From Eledone cirrhosa (lineage: Eukaryota), in assembly GCA_964016885.1 (NCBI GenBank), contig OZ024742.1:172980001-173044000 (forward strand): DNA of 64,000 bases. The letters are read 5' to 3'. How positions within the stretch are numbered: position 1 is the first letter of the stretch; each line of letters opens with the position of its first letter. Of this stretch, positions 13,961 to 28,748 are shown piece by piece. The position numbers were made by a program, and so were the translations under genes. The notes under the pieces are model-generated. The model did not search any database, was not told where the DNA came from, and was given only the letters and a program-made list of their open reading frames with translations.

Positions 13961-14199
13961 ATACACATTTGAAGGACTTCTGTCCACCCGGCCGTCACAC
14001 GATGTGTACGTGTATTTATGTGTATGTATGTGTGTGTAAAAGGAAGAAAAAAGATACACACATATGTCTCGAACTTAAAAACAGGGATACACACACATAT
14101 TCTCGTAATTTAAGAACGCCGATAAGCTCACACGCGCGCACATCCACACCCTGTCTTATTACCACTCAAGAGCTTCGGCCCGGGCAAACATCCACTCAA

Positions 14200-14882
14200 T
14201 TTTGAAATCCTCTGGGTTGTCCAAAATTGATTGGAAAAGACTTGACGGTCTTACTCTGTGCTACTGGTCAAGAGGCAGAGGACTTACCTGGGACGTCACA
14301 GTTAGTAACTCTTTTGCTTCTTCCCACATCCCTGATACAGCGGTAAGGGCGAGCGATACAGCATCCGCAGCAGAGCGGAACAAAATCTTAAAATACCGTG
14401 TTCTGTCAGCTAACTACATTATCCAGCCTATGGCGTTCGAGACGTTTGGGGTAATTTGGCTAGAGACAACGAGGTACTTATCTTCAGTGGCGGCTCGCCA
14501 AACAGAGGTAAATGGTGATGCTCGTGAGGGCACTTGGTTGTTCCAAAACCTCAGCCTCGCCATCACCCCAGGTAACACTGCGAGCCTGCTGCCTTGCCTG
14601 AAACATTTTTTAGAGAGATTTCCCAGTGCTCCTCGCAATATTGTTATCTTTTGCTCTGGTAGCGGCTCGTTTTCACACTTTTTCGCCTGCATTTTGTTCT
14701 ATGTGGTCTACGATGTGTGTATTACGTGCTTGTTTATTTTTTTCTTTCTTTTTTACCTTTCCCTTTCCTTTGAATATGTTATATTTGTTTGTCTTTTCGT
14801 TATGTGACCATTATATTACATTTTTATATAAATACGTTTTAAAAAAAAGAGTTAAACTGTGTTGTTAATAAATAAATAAAAA
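14200..14882 (+). mobile_element. 3' fragment of a CRE-like non-LTR retrotransposon (RLE domain)
   Basis: KRLDGLTL..WDVTVSNSFA..PMAFETFG..LFQNLSLAI, followed by an A-rich tail aataaataaataaaa. Confidence 0.75.
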
Positions 14883-15526
14883 GTGTTACTTCATTTTACA
14901 CTCACATTTCCTATTCACCGAACGCTATCTTGACTGAATGATTGTATGTGTGTATTTATGTAAATGGATATGTGTGAATCTGTGTTTGTGTAAATGTATG
15001 TGTTTGTGTGAAGGTATGTGTATTTTTGTGAATGTATGTCCGTAAGCGAATATTATTGTAAGTTTGGGTTTGCGTTATTATAGTTATATACTCATATATA
15101 TAGAGAGATGTATGTATGTGCACATACACACACATACGCGTGAGTGTGTTGAAAAAAATTATAATCTATTCATCTATTTCTTTCACTCTCTCTATACATA
15201 TCTGTTACATAATCAATCTATATATCTGTATCTCGCATCACATACACTCTCTTTCTATATATATGGTAGTTGAAGTGGTGGTGTTGGCGGCGATATACCG
15301 GAAGTGTAGATATTTGAAACTTTGAAAAGAATTCAATTTTAAATAAGCAATAAAATTATTTATCAAGGGTTACGAAATTTAGTACTTAAATTATGTAATA
15401 TTCATTATATGATTTATTCAAAGTAGTCCAACTTATTTTACTAACTGGATTAAAAGAAATAAACCGCACGCAGTTCCTGCACTCCTCATTTATTATAGTA
15501 TAGATTCATACCCATACCTTTCTATG

Positions 15527-15838
<312 letters not shown>

Positions 15839-15909
15839 TATATATATATATATACATGATATACATATACATACATACATATATATATAGTATATATATA
15901 GTATATGTC

Positions 15910-15948
<39 letters not shown>

Positions 15949-15957
15949 TTCACATGA

Positions 15958-16367
15958 ATCAAAGTTCTGTTCAAACCACTTATTAGCTTACAATTGTTTC
16001 ATCCAAACCGAGGTTTGGTGTCTTCGGAGCTTTTTTCAATGTTTGTTTACATACATGACCTCCTTTCCAACACAAGTGACATACAGATACATATGTATAT
16101 ATTGATGCCGATGTTGTATTTTAATTTTTATTTTGCTTTGATTCTGTTTTAATATGATTTTAATTTTTGAATTTAAATTACCATTCAGAAATAATATAAT
16201 GGATGCCACCCCACTGTGCATCTATATATACATATGTATCTGTATGTCTCTTTTGTTGGAATGTAGGTCATGTATGTAAACAAACATTGAAAAAAGCTCC
16301 GAAAATTCCAAACCTCGGTTTGGATGAAAGAATTGTAAACTAATAAATGGTTTGAACAGAACTTTGA
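15958..16367. mobile_element. Family C fold-back element, two inverted arms each carrying an HHR motif
   Basis: 15958-16108 is the inverse of 16217-16367. A related copy lies at 20660-20790. Confidence 0.85.
15985..16031 (-). ncRNA. Minimal type I hammerhead, U4C variant
   Basis: AGCU-CCGAAGA-CA-CCAAAC(CUCG)GUUUGG-AU-GAAA-CAAUUG-UA-AGCU. Confidence 0.7.
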
Positions 16368-16606
16368 GACGTTCTCTATTAACCATCTAAGAGAACATTA
16401 GTCTACGACTTCTTTTATACCATAAACGTGGTTCTGTCTTTGCGTGTAATTGTTTTTCACTGCTCCTATTAATGACGTATTATATTCGTTTTTTCCCGTT
16501 CTTTGCCAGGGAACGTTTCCACGAACCAAAGTATCGTCTTCCTGTCTTCCTCCGGTTGCAAGGCTTTTTGAAATATCCACTTCTGCGTTTACAGATTGAC
16601 TTTGTT

Positions 16607-16656
16607 AGTTTCAGAAGATCCCGTTAAGGGTGAAAGCAGTATTCTTTGCTTAAACT
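16607..16656 (+). ncRNA. Type I hammerhead-like motif, U4A variant (family D)
   Basis: AGUUU-CAGAAGA-UCCC(GUUAA)GGGU-GAAA-GCA(GUAUUCUU)UGC-UU-AAACU. Confidence 0.6.
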
Positions 16657-16748
16657 TTAATCTGTTATTTTAATAAGTATTTGCTCTACGGTTCTTATAT
16701 ATTTGATATATATTTATTTTTATCGGCTCTCTTCAAATTTATTATTAT

Positions 16749-16883
<135 letters not shown>

Positions 16884-18053
16884 TTTTTTTAAATGATATA
16901 TTTAAAAATGATATTTTGAAATATATATTTTATGTGATGGTGTTAATGATGTTTTCGAATATACATATAAATGCTTAATATCATTAACCTATGCATAGAT
17001 ATAAGGAGTGCTATGTAAATACATATATAAAAGGTTTTATCTTAGAAAATATGTAATATATGATACTATAAAATCATATATAAAATAATATATAAAATAT
17101 GTTTTTACATAATTAGAATACTTTTTTAAAGTAAATGTTATATTTTAGGGTAAATATAACATAACTATTTTAACTAAGAAATATTGGAGTTATCTTTTCC
17201 TTTGTAATGTAACACTCTGACACATTCTTTCTAAGTAAAAACAACACTTTACATAAATATTAACATTTTTCTTTTTGTATAATTTCATAATTATAATTCT
17301 ATCTTGATGCAACTATTGAATTTACAAAATAATCTTCTATAATAGAATAAAATTACTTCCTCTTTTTTAAAACATATATAGAAAATGTAAAAAAAAAATT
17401 CTTCGTAACGCTTCACATATAAAACATATTAAAATTATCTATCTATTAATAAAAACAACATATATACGCACCAAAATTATTTATATATAAATAACCTGTT
17501 GTAATATAATAAAATAAAATATACTTATAACCCTCATTCTTCATAAAATATACTTATAAATATTATCTCTATAATATTAAAACAAACTATTAGAATAGAC
17601 CCAATCGTAGTATCTCTTACTTTTTAAAATTAATATTCTCCCACTTGAACACATTTATAATTCTCATATTAGATACTCACAAAATATATAATTATATAAT
17701 TATATATAATTATTTCACTCTCTTTGCACCATCATTAATACTATCCACACAATTATATAGTAATACTAATAGTCTATTTCTAACTCTAATATATTTTTTT
17801 CTTATATACTTTCTTTAAATTTTCTTCCAACCTAATATTTATATTAACCTCTATCCCTTCTTCCCATAAAAATAATCCTAATAATTATTTAAATTTAACT
17901 AGCGTCTAAATATAACGATCTTTTTCAACTTTCCGTTATCCTCATTAACATATTCATCCTAAGATTTGAATTTCTTTTTCACCAATAAAACAGAACTTAA
18001 AACGATAAGTTCTTGTGATTTCGGATATGTCACTATATGTAAAACAACTTTTG

Positions 18054-18113
18054 TATTTTATCTGATGAGTGTTTGCCCAAATGTTGGTGCCCTTGAAATA
18101 TATATAATACAAT
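18054..18113 (+). ncRNA. Type I hammerhead at the 3' end of an AT-rich PLE-type remnant
   Basis: UAUUUUAU-CUGAUGA-..-GAAA-UAUAUA-UA-AUACAAUA, about 45 nt before (TA)n. Stem II is weak. Confidence 0.65.
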
Positions 18114-18145
18114 AAATATGGTTTTATAAAGATAGTTTCCATTTA

Positions 18146-18223
<78 letters not shown>

Positions 18224-18316
18224 GGATTTAGCATGGTTGAATATAAATGGTTGACCTAAGAAGTTTTCGGATTGTTTGGAATTTGAGATTTAATAGCAAT
18301 AGAACATTATGAATAA

Positions 18317-19307
18317 TCTATATATATACAACGAAGGATGTCTGTCTGTGTGTGTGTGTGTGAGTTAGAATCCATAAAACTCGAGAAGCACCCTAGCGAC
18401 TGTTTTCAAACTTTGCACATGTAATACTTATGTGTCAGGGAGTCTTCTGAGCAAAAAGTCAAATGTTCAATGCCCTAGGGACCGCATATCTCTATAGATC
18501 TTAGTCTTTCTCTTTTTAGATAGATACATACATACAACGTCGCGCACTTATAATAACTGTCTGTATGTCTAGCTGTCTGCATTACCTCACTTCCCACAAT
18601 TCCCTCTGTTTCCAGAACGCGCCCTTATAATATCTGTATGTACGTTTAGTTGTCTGCATTACGTCACTTCCCTGAGGATGTCTGTCTGTGTTTGTGTGTG
18701 TGTGAATTTGTGAGTTTGAATGCCTAAAACTCGAGAAGTACACAACCGATTTTTTTCAAACTTTACATGTGTATTACTTATAGTTCGGGGAGTGTCTTGC
18801 ACATGAAAAATTAAACTATTGCAACCCCTAGGGCTCGAATTAGGGAAAAACTGCATTTTTTTCAGGTTTTTAGGGATTTTTGAGGCGTTACGTCAGACCG
18901 ATTTCCTTGAAATTGTAACTATTTATTAGTCAGTCTCTTCTTCATAACGTGAGCAAAGAAAATCCAACTTTGTTATGGTCTAGGGCCCGCATTAGGTGAA
19001 AAACTTCATTTTTTCAGCTTTTTAGAGCTATTTTGAGGCGTTACGTCTAGCCGATTTTCCCGAAATTTCAAGGCATATTATGCACATAAATAAAATAAAT
19101 TTTCTTGATCCCTTAGGTTCCGCATTAAGTGAAAACCTGCATTTTTCCTACTTCATCGAGGAAAATCTTTAAATTATCCAGCCTTCAGAGTATTCGGTTT
19201 ATTTTCTATACATATTTTCCAGGCATGCAGTGTTTCTACGATTAGGTCAGTTGGCAGCCCGCGTTCCTAAATATCTTATCCCGTGCAACGGCGGATACCA
19301 CTGCTAG
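18317..19307 (+). mobile_element. Non-autonomous Helitron
   Basis: A|TC start, subterminal hairpin ccgtgcaacgg and CTAG|T end. It has internal sub-repeats and no TSD. Confidence 0.85.
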
Positions 19308-19616
19308 TAATGAATAACATCTGGCAAAGTAACACGGTGTAACTTCTTTTAATAGAGAAAGGAAGGAGTTTTATAACCAACAGAACTGACAAACGCGGAC
19401 ATTAGCATGTGTGGGGATCGAAACCTCACCTCTTACTTTTGCGATAAGTATGCGAGTCGCTTACATACATTTTCGTCTGGTAGATTGTTACACACATATA
19501 GCGAAAGCTACTAAATAAATTCAATTTTCATCTTCACGTGTTGTTTTCTAAACAAATTACGGTTTATATATATTCATACACACATGCGCTAACACACACA
19601 CGTGTGTATATATATG

Positions 19617-19655
<39 letters not shown>

Positions 19656-20005
19656 TAAGAGAGAGAGAGAGGGGGGGTAGAGAGAGAGAATGGCGGAGAA
19701 AGAGGAAAAGCGAATTGTGAAAGAGAGGAAGATAGAGAATGTGTAATCTGTCAATTAATTTACTAGTTTCAGTCATTAGACGGTCATCATATTAGGGATT
19801 TGACTTAATATATTTTCTCGATCATATCAACTCCCATTAATGATTTATTCTGCTTTGCTCTTCATGGTATTGTTTTTCTGATAATCCAATCATATACGTG
19901 CCCGCGAACACGCCTAATAACGAAACACGCGTATTCGACATATGTAAATGTTGTGGATTTAACCTACTTATATATACATCCACACACACACACATATATA
20001 TATAT

Positions 20006-20117
20006 AGAAAAAAGTATGACCCCGACGGCAGAGCTCAAGCCGTTTCGACGGCTTGAACTCTGCCGTCGGGGTCGTACTTTTTCCTATATCCCACTCTACT
20101 ACCCTAAGTATTGAGTA
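20006..20117. mobile_element. Family A fold-back centred on the HHR core
   Basis: gaccccgacggcagagctcaagccgt-ttcg-acggcttgaactctgccgtcggggtc. Confidence 0.85.
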
Positions 20118-20732
20118 ATCCTTTTGTGGCGGCCCGCGTTCCAAAAAAATCTACCTGTTGAACTAATGTAGTCCATGTATATGAACACAATAAGACTAAT
20201 TTACAATCCATTTCTTTAACTAACTTAAACATTCGATATAAACATTAACTGAATTATAATTCAACATAAGTAATGGAAGAGATTGCAATAACTTTACTCT
20301 CTCAACACACAAATTCAGACACTATCAACAAACTACGTCCACCTTAGTTTTGCTTAAAACACAGTATTTATTTATCTATAGATACATAATAACTTTGCGT
20401 ATTTCCTTCTCATATGTATGCCTAACGCATGTGCACTTTCTACACACCTGTATATGTATTGCAAATGGACTCTTTCTTTCTCAAATATCCTTTCACAATG
20501 CCTCTTTAATTATTGGACTATTCTCTTGTATTATCTGTTGCATGTATTACACTCTGTGCCTTTAATTTGAATTTGAATTTAAATTTGAATTTTTGTCCAA
20601 TTATCGTAAAATATATATCACACCCATTCCATCCTGTAAATACGAAACGGTTGCTCATAACATAAACATATATGTATCTATATTATTGTTCAGTTGAATA
20701 GGAGGTCAATTACATGTACACACATTGATAAT

Positions 20733-20777
20733 GCTCCGATGAATCCGATTGAGAATTTGGAAGAAACGATTGTCAGT
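20733..20777 (+). ncRNA. Hammerhead-like motif, U4C variant (family C relative)
   Basis: GCU-CCGAUGA-AUCCGAUU..AAUUUGGAA-GAAA-CGAUUG-UC-AGU. Confidence 0.55.
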
Positions 20778-21089
20778 TATTAAATGATTTGAACACAACT
20801 TTGATAATTGTATAATTTATTTATTTTCCTGCTCTGCAAAACAACTGATGTTCATACATTGAGCTATTTCTCTTACTGTTAATAAGGTAATAGGGAATTA
20901 CTGACCTTCCTGTTTATAGTTGTTTATGCTATATACATAACTATAAATAGTATTATTATATATATGTCTGAAGATACGGAAGTTTTGACGTTTCACAACG
21001 TCTGTATCTGAATTCTCCGATATGATATTCGTGGTATTACTCCACGGGTATTTTGTGTTTCAATAATTCGCGGAGTACATATACATCTA

Positions 21090-22280
21090 TATGTTACGAG
21101 AAACATACAAAGTGATTAGAAAAAATATTCAATTATGCATTCTAACACGTGTTTCATCAGCAAGTTTCATCATAGTGTCAACGAGAACTGATTAGAGATA
21201 ATAATGTTTGCAATCACTTCTTTGCAATACACTGATGCCCAACGAATCTTCAGAGTATTATTGCAATTTTTAGAATTTCAGTTATAGTAGTCTCGAATAC
21301 AAAGAGGGAGTACAGATAAGTTACCCTATGAGCTTTTCTTTACTTCTTAAATGAGACATGTCATTGACTCAGAAATTGATAGGTAAAAGCTATCGTATAA
21401 GCGATGCGACTGGCAATATTGTTAACAAATTAAACAGGCAGTAATTCTTCTTAATATTATTAGTATCAGCATGGCAGGTACAGATAAGGATGAAGCTGAA
21501 ATAGTGGAATTGGAGACACTTTCCTATGAAAATAATTGACTATTTGAAAGAAGTAAAAGTGACAGAAATAAAAGATCCGGATTTCAAAGATCTACGGATT
21601 TGGCTATAAAACTATTCGAATTAATAAATAAAACATAAAAATATAATCTGTGGTGGTCCATTCTAGAACGTGTCCACCGTTACTAACGTGAAAGAAAATG
21701 TTGCAGTTTTCTTCGATGGAAGTACTAGAAATCTCGACAGGAACGAAGTTACTGAATATTTAACAAGAGTTGATGTTCTGTTGTAAGCAAACATACCTAA
21801 TTATAACCCTAGCTGCCGCATTATTCAATCCCATTCCCCTAATTACATCTCTCAAATACTGTCACTATCCCAACTTCAACCTTAACTGTAACTGTCATGT
21901 TGGTACTATTGCTATTAAAAATACGTACGGTCTGTATATTTTTTTAACACAGTAATCACTTTTATCACATATAAGATAGCCTTCGATCTATATATTAACT
22001 ATTTCGCAGCCTCATTTATTTCACACATCTCATTTATGTAATACCAAAAATCGCTGGAAACCCATAGATCAACTTATCAATCCTTCCTCTTTGCATTCAA
22101 TACTAATATCATTGAAATTCTGAAAAAAAAAACAATGTATTTCGAGGGTTTGGGAAAATGAATATCTCTCAAAAGACCTTCAAGACACTCTGGTGTAACT
22201 AGATGATGTAACACGTGTTAGTATGTATAATTGAATAAGGTTCTCTAATCACGCCTTGTATGTTTTAATTTACATATATA
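21090..22280 (+). mobile_element. Old PLE remnant: GIY-YIG C-terminus plus a diverged inverted 3' arm
   Basis: 21580-21800 reads STDLAIKLFELI..WSILERVHRY..KCC..ELMFCCKQ. The gaaacacgtgttagaatgcataattgaata motif (minus, ~21130-21155) recurs on plus at ~22208-22237. Confidence 0.55.
21139..21258 (-). ncRNA. Hammerhead-like motif with ~90-nt stem II region
   Basis: CU-CUGAAGA-[~90 nt]-GAAA-CACGUG-UU-AG. Stem III is palindromic and stem I is weak. Confidence 0.5.
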
Positions 22281-23175
22281 TTTACTATCGGCCTGTCCAG
22301 CTACCATTGCTGTTTTCTACGGCATCCATATATATATATATATATATATATATAGCTGACGTACCTACCTTCGCTTGGCTAAACAGACGATAAGCCGTCT
22401 GTGTTGTATAATATTAGTTGAAAATATAAAGTATGAGTGTTGAATACGTATAGTATAGTATTACTGTTGAAAATGTATAGTATAGTATTACTTTTGAAAA
22501 TATGTACACGTATATATAATTATATATATATATAATTAATTAAAAGTTGGTTAGAAGCGAAGTCAATGCAAACAGGCAGACATACAGACAGATTGTATAA
22601 GGGCGTGACGTTTTAGCTAATTTTAAAGAAATGAATATTTTAATAAGATCTTTAATTTTTTAACAAAAATTTATAGACAAATATACCCTCATTTTCTTAC
22701 TCGGAAAAAGTTACATCTATGGTGCAAATTTGGTGTTGTTTGGTTCAGCCGTTTGGCGAAAGGTTTGTTACATACATACGGCCGTCAGGTTTGTTACATA
22801 CATACGTCCCATTATGCGCTGATTTGGTTATTTATAAAGGTATACGAAAAAACCGGCATATCTCGGGAAAACATGGTCTAATTTATGCGAAACTTGTCTT
22901 TTCACTGTATTATTCACAAATACTTTCACAAAGAAAATATCAAATCATTTTTCACTAAAAGCTATCCAATCACTCCACTTCAACATTTTTTTCTATATCT
23001 CTATGGATGCTTTACTGTTTGTTCTGAAATATTTTTCTACTTAAAAAGTTGCAATGTTAATGAAAAGCTGGTTTTATTTACAAACATTTGAAGGAAAGTA
23101 TTCTTACTTATCTTAGTTTTTCCTTTACTTTTCATTTTCTGCCGTTGGAATAAACATTTTCTCATATTTACGCTG

Positions 23176-26100
23176 TTACAGTTTGTTCAAAAGAATGATT
23201 TTGATGACGACAGTCTTAGTTGACTGGGTATCCTTAATAAACACTCTGACATTTTCATTTGGTTTTCTCCGGCTAAGGGCTACATGCAGTTGACCGTGTT
23301 GGAATACAGGTCGTTCCAGATAAACCAACACATTTTCCATAGTTTGTCCTTGTGCTTTATGAATAGTAATAGCGAAGCACGATTGAACTGTGAATTGGCT
23401 TCGCTGCAAAGGGATATCCTCACCTCCGGATATATTAATTCTTATTCTAGGTATCATAACAATCTCATTTCTGAAAGCAGCAGTGTTGATTCTTGCTACT
23501 ATGAGATTGTTATGCAGTTCTTCCACGATCATGCGCGTTCCATTACAAAGCCTTGGAGGATTCAAGTTTCTCATTAGAATTATTGGCGATCCTTTTTTCA
23601 ATTCCAGGTTATGTGCTGGCAGTCCTGATAGTTCAACCGAATCAAGGAATTCAGTCGGGAAATGAGTGGCATTGGCACCATCACTCACAGAATTATAGGA
23701 TCGGTACTCTTTTATGGTTCCAGGGAAGCGTCTGATACAGGTGGAATTGATGCTTCTCATCATTTCATTGAGAGGTACTAAGATGCAATTGTTCAAAAAA
23801 CACTTCAGCTGGATTGTCGAATGAGGGGTAGATGAAATCAATACATTCTTCCATACTTGTTGCTTGGAGAACCATTTCTTTTGGCAAAATAATTTCCTCA
23901 TTTTCAGTTTTTTTAAACTTATCTTCTGCGATATCCAATAGGAACTGTGAATAGTCTCCTGCTCCCCCACCCAATCGCATGTTTGTCTTCAACTGAAATA
24001 TTTTGAAGCTTCGCCATAAGTAGGATTTTTTAATGCTGTCGTTTTCCACGTCCGCTTCATTTCCCCTTTTCACCACCGGAAGAAGCTGACGGAAATCTCC
24101 ACAGCAAACTGTCAAAGTTCCACCGAATGCATCATTGTTGTCACATATGTCACGCAGAGTGAGGTCAACAGCTTCGAAGCTTTCCCTCCGAATGATAGGA
24201 CACTCATCCCTAACAATCAGCCTTGTATGCTGGAAGAGGTTTGCCGTCTTTGAGTTTTTATCAATGTTGCACAGACCATTTTCTTTCACTAATATCGGTA
24301 TTTTGAACCTAGAATGCGCGTTCTTCCACCAGGCATCAATGTTGCGGCAATAGCTAAGTCACCGTTTCCTCTGACTGTTCCACCTGGAGCGTCAATGAAA
24401 ATCAATGCAGATGTGTTCCTCTCTAAACTGTTTCAAACGCAGCCATACCCGTGTTTTTGTTCACTATTCAAAAGATTCTACAAATCGTCGCTGCTCTTCT
24501 TTGTTGTATTGCAATTCCTGCAATAACTCCAAATTGCCAATATCCTGATTAGCAACAATATTATTTGGCCTTGGCAAGTTAAAGTCACTAAGACTTTTGC
24601 CCAGGTCGTTAAGTTTGTCTTCAAAATACAGAAGACATTGATCATAATGTCTCTCGCTAATCAAAAGGTTAGAGTTTCTGGTAGCCCTTTTTTTCTATTT
24701 GAAGGTAATTGTCAGACGGCGAATGCTTAAATCGAACCAATAAAGCATTGGAATGGTCAATTTCCGTATTTGTGAGGAGCACGATGAATAGATCTCTCAT
24801 GGGTTTGAGAAGCCTTGTTCGCTCAGCATTTTCCAGAGTCTGCTGCCAATGATCATCCGATTGAAGCAAACCTTTCTCTCTGCAGACGTCTTTGAATAAT
24901 GGCAGGAGTTCTCCATCACACATTTTCGAAGAGTTGAAGTATACTGGCCCTTTGACGTGATGCAGAAGGAGTCTTAAATAATACAGGTCACCACTTCGTG
25001 GAGAAACAGTATATACTCGTCCCATAACGTTCGCCTCAAAAATCCCTGGATACTGCTCAACTATTTTCCCCACCTTTCTCCTTTCCCATCTCTTATTACT
25101 CCAAGTGTAAAACTTTGGGACATTGACATAATACAATATTTTTGCAAACGGATCGCCATCGCAAAGATACATGAACTCAGTCAGAGTCGTCTTAGCAATG
25201 TTATCGTTTACTATAACAGCAGCATTGACCCGAAAGAAGATTTGATTTTCCTCAGGTAGATGAAGTTGAAGGCGAATTACGGCCGGTTCTCTCTCATGAA
25301 TTGGAAAACCAAGTACCAAGGCAACAGCTTCTGAAAGACCGATATATCTTCCTATTAAATACTGTATTATCTCATCTTTCCTGTTCACCCCAAACATTGC
25401 CTGACCACTGCCCTTCATGGTATATTTGATAACGTATTTGATCGATATCACGGAAGAGCACATCTCTATGTTTAGGTGGCAGTTAAACAGTTTTAATTGT
25501 TTCATATTGTAGGGAACCACCCATTCCGAAGTTATATTTCGGCTTCCCCTTCCTTCTTGGTGCCCCTCAAATCCTCCCATTCCTGGAGACCGTCTTCTGT
25601 ACACAGGATAATTGTCCTCTCCACACAATGTATATTCATTGAAAGGCTTAGGGTACCGCTTACTGCACGTTCCATCTTTCCAACACGGCGAATTGTTAGA
25701 GCAATTCGGACCATGGATCATGTGCTTCAGCACCAATTCATGACTCTCTGGATCTTTGAATGGATCTGGTATTTCAGCTTGAACATATTTATCATATTCC
25801 TGCGGTCCGGGCTTAGAGGCTTCATTGAGCCATAGCAAACAGTGCACATGAGGAACACTCGCTTTTGATATTCGACTATCAGCACGTAAGCAGTGCACTT
25901 GCCAAATAATCCATCTACTCCAGTAAGATACATTCTTAACAGTTTCTGCTTCAGGTCAAATACTCTGGCAATTAAATCTGGCCTTTCATGTGGCTTCTGA
26001 TTCAGAAATAGGTTTTGCTGGATTTCAGGCCAGTTTGGATTGCAAGTCATTTTGATGAAGAACGAAGGATTGCCGTACTTCAGTATGTATCATGGCATCC

Positions 26101-27100
26101 TGGCATCGCTCTAACATATATCTCGGTCCACCGACAAATGTGGAAGAGAGTGTAACTGGCCTGCCAATATGGCAAAAATCGACATCATCATTCAATGCGT
26201 CAGTAAGGCCCTTGTATGTTGTAGATCGCAATGATGTTTGATTCTTTCGGATGTATTGCAGTCTATCTCCTTCAATCTTCGCAGCCATGTCAACCAAATA
26301 TTGCTGAAATAAAAGACCGCCTCTGAGAAGTTGGTTGAATTCATTCTCATGGTTCATTATTCGATAGGCATAGTAGCGCATTGGCGTCAACTTCTTGTTG
26401 TTGCTCATTAACAGCTCAAGATGCCATCCGTCATCGCCAAAAGGAAAAAATAGAACATACTGCAAACTGTCATAGGACCGATGGGACTGAGATTATTTGC
26501 AATTGTCTGCCTTTTTCTGCCAACACAAAAGTGCCGGGCTTTGGCTTGAAGTTCGGTGCTGTTTTGTATAATAACGGAAACTTCGTTTGTAGCTTGTGCA
26601 TTGAATCTGCTCTCGTGTTCCATTGCTGGTCTCTTATCAGGATCAATAATAATCGAAGCTTCGGGAATATTTTTAATTTGTTCTTTTGCCATTCGAAATG
26701 AAGCAACGTAAAGTGGAATGGCAGTATCGGTAGAGGGTCTGACGCCATGCTTTGCAGCAAAGAGTTACGGCCCTTTATGGTCTGAGTTCAAATTCCGCGG
26801 AGATTAACTTTGCCTTTCATCCTTACGGGGTCGATAAAATAAAGTACCAGTAATGTACTGATGAATTGTTGGCCTTGTGCCAAAAGTAGAAACAATTATT
26901 TACAATATTTCAACTATGTCGCGCTGAATGCCATCGTTATGGAGTATCCTTAACCTCAAATCAACACTACACTATCCTGAGGATACAAGATGTAAATTTG
27001 AAGAAATTGGGGTTGCTCATTGGGATTAGGGGTTAAAGAACCGATGTAATGGTGAATTTGACCATGAATAACGATAGAATGATTCCATCCACTCCTTGAG
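23176..27100 (-). pseudogene. Helitron Rep/Pif1-like helicase, multiple frameshifts
   Basis: Overlapping ORF pieces at 26956-27100, 26408-26692, 26025-26465, 25727-26050, 24669-25898, 24464-24664, 23765-24289 and 23176-23970. Confidence 0.92.
26712..26900 (+). mobile_element. tRNA-derived SINE nested in the Helitron
   Basis: Same family as 13471. Confidence 0.9.
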
Positions 27101-27131
27101 GAACGAATGACTATATATATATATATATATA

Positions 27132-28737
27132 CAGTGCCCCGCAAAAGTTTACAACACATTAGGAAAAATGCAGTTTTAGGTATTTTTAATAAAGTTAGGG
27201 TAATGAAAATGTAACTACTGATAGAACATATAATGAGGCATTTAATGATACAATCATATTTTAAAAAAAATAACAAGGAAATAACACACGAAGAAAAATC
27301 ATTATTTTTATAACGCAAAAGTTTACAACACATTTTATATTTATCGCTTTTTTTCAAGAAAATTCTTAAATTTTAAGATTTAAAATTCAGTAGAATGTTC
27401 TAGATTAGGTTTAAGGTCAATTCTAAAGACTATTGAAAACATTACATCATTATTTGTCTGACAACCATCCTGTAAACATTGACAACCGTCCTGTAAACAT
27501 GGACAATATGGGGAAAAATAAACTGATTGATGATCAAGACCTCTGTAAACGCATTGTAGACCTTCATACAAATGGTGTTGGTTATAGAAAGATATCTTGT
27601 CAGTTAAATGTGCCATTGAGTTCAGTTGGTACAATAATTCGTCACTGGAAATCTCATCATTCCATCTGTCCTCTAATTAGTTCTGGTTGTCCTAGAAAGA
27701 TAACGGAACGTGCAGCTCGGTTATTGACGAGAAAGGTTGGCAACGACCCCGATGGACTCTTAAAAATCTTCAGGATGACCTAGAAGAAAGTGGAGTAAAA
27801 GTGAGCACAGATACAATTAGTCGTTCACTTCGTCGATATAATATCTTCTCGAGGTCTCCAAGGAAAACACCACTTCTTACGAGGAAACACGTTCTCCGCC
27901 GATTAAACTTTGCAAATGAGCATCTCATCAAACCTGCGTTATTTTGGGAAGATGTACTTTAGTCGGACGAAACAAAAATTTAACATTTTTGTCGAAATGC
28001 TGTGGCAAAAGTCTGGAGAAAGAAAGGTACTGAATGTTCGCTGAAGAATACTATTCCAACTGTAAAATTTGGAGGTGGATCAATCATGGTCTGGGGTTGC
28101 TTTAGTGCCACAGGAGTAGGAAATATTGAAATAATAGAAGGAAGAATGGGTGGCACTTATTATAGAGGTAATTTCCAAAGGAATTTACATCAAAGTGCAT
28201 ATTCTCTCAGCTTAAAGCCAGGTTAGTTTTTTCAACATGATAACAATCCAAAGCATACTGCAAAGCTAACACAATCTTGGTTAAGTACGAATGGAATAAA
28301 TGTTCTAAAATGACCATGTCAGTCTCCAGATCTTAACCCGATCGAAAATTTGTGGAGAGAATTCAAAAAAGGAAACCACCAAATATCCCTGAACTAAAGA
28401 AAATGTGTTGTGAAGAATGGATAAATATTAGCCAAGAAACATGCAAGAAGTTTGTAGGAGACTACTCCAAACGCCCTACAGGCTGTAATTAGCAACAAAG
28501 GTTACGCTACGAAATATTAAGAGATGATTTAATAAATGTGTTGTAAACTTGTGCGTTATAAAAATATTGATTTTTCTTCATGAATTATTTCCTTGTTATT
28601 TTTTTTGAACTATGATTATATCATTAAATGCCTCATTATATGTTCTATCGGTAGTTAAATTTTCATTGCCCTAACTTTATTAAAAATACCTAAAACCGCA
28701 CTTTTCCTAATCTGTTGTAAACTTTTGCGGGGCACTG
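27132..28737 (+). mobile_element. Full-length Tc1-family DNA transposon, IR/DR type
   Basis: TA|CAGTGCCCCGCAAAAGTTTACAACA...TGTTGTAAACTTTTGCGGGGCACTG|TA. TIRs are ~205 bp with an inner repeat of cgcaaaagtttacaacacatt at ~27314 and ~28535. Confidence 0.95.
27508..28520 (+). pseudogene. Tc1 DDE transposase, stops and frameshifts
   Basis: HTH region GYRKISCQLNVPLSSVGTII, then SDETK, TVKFGGGSIMVWGCF, FQHDNNPKH and SPDLNPIENLW. Confidence 0.93.
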
Positions 28738-28748
28738 TATATATATAT

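Larger units (their letters stand above)
22353..27111 (-). mobile_element. Decayed autonomous Helitron (RepHel), 5'-truncated
   Basis: Rep motifs MTCNPNWPEI, VEYQKR/PHVHCLLW (HUH) and KYVIKYTMKG. Pif1 motifs CGDFRQLLPV, LCNGTR and FAITIHKAQGQT. A degenerate 3' hairpin and CTA lie near 22353. Confidence 0.92.
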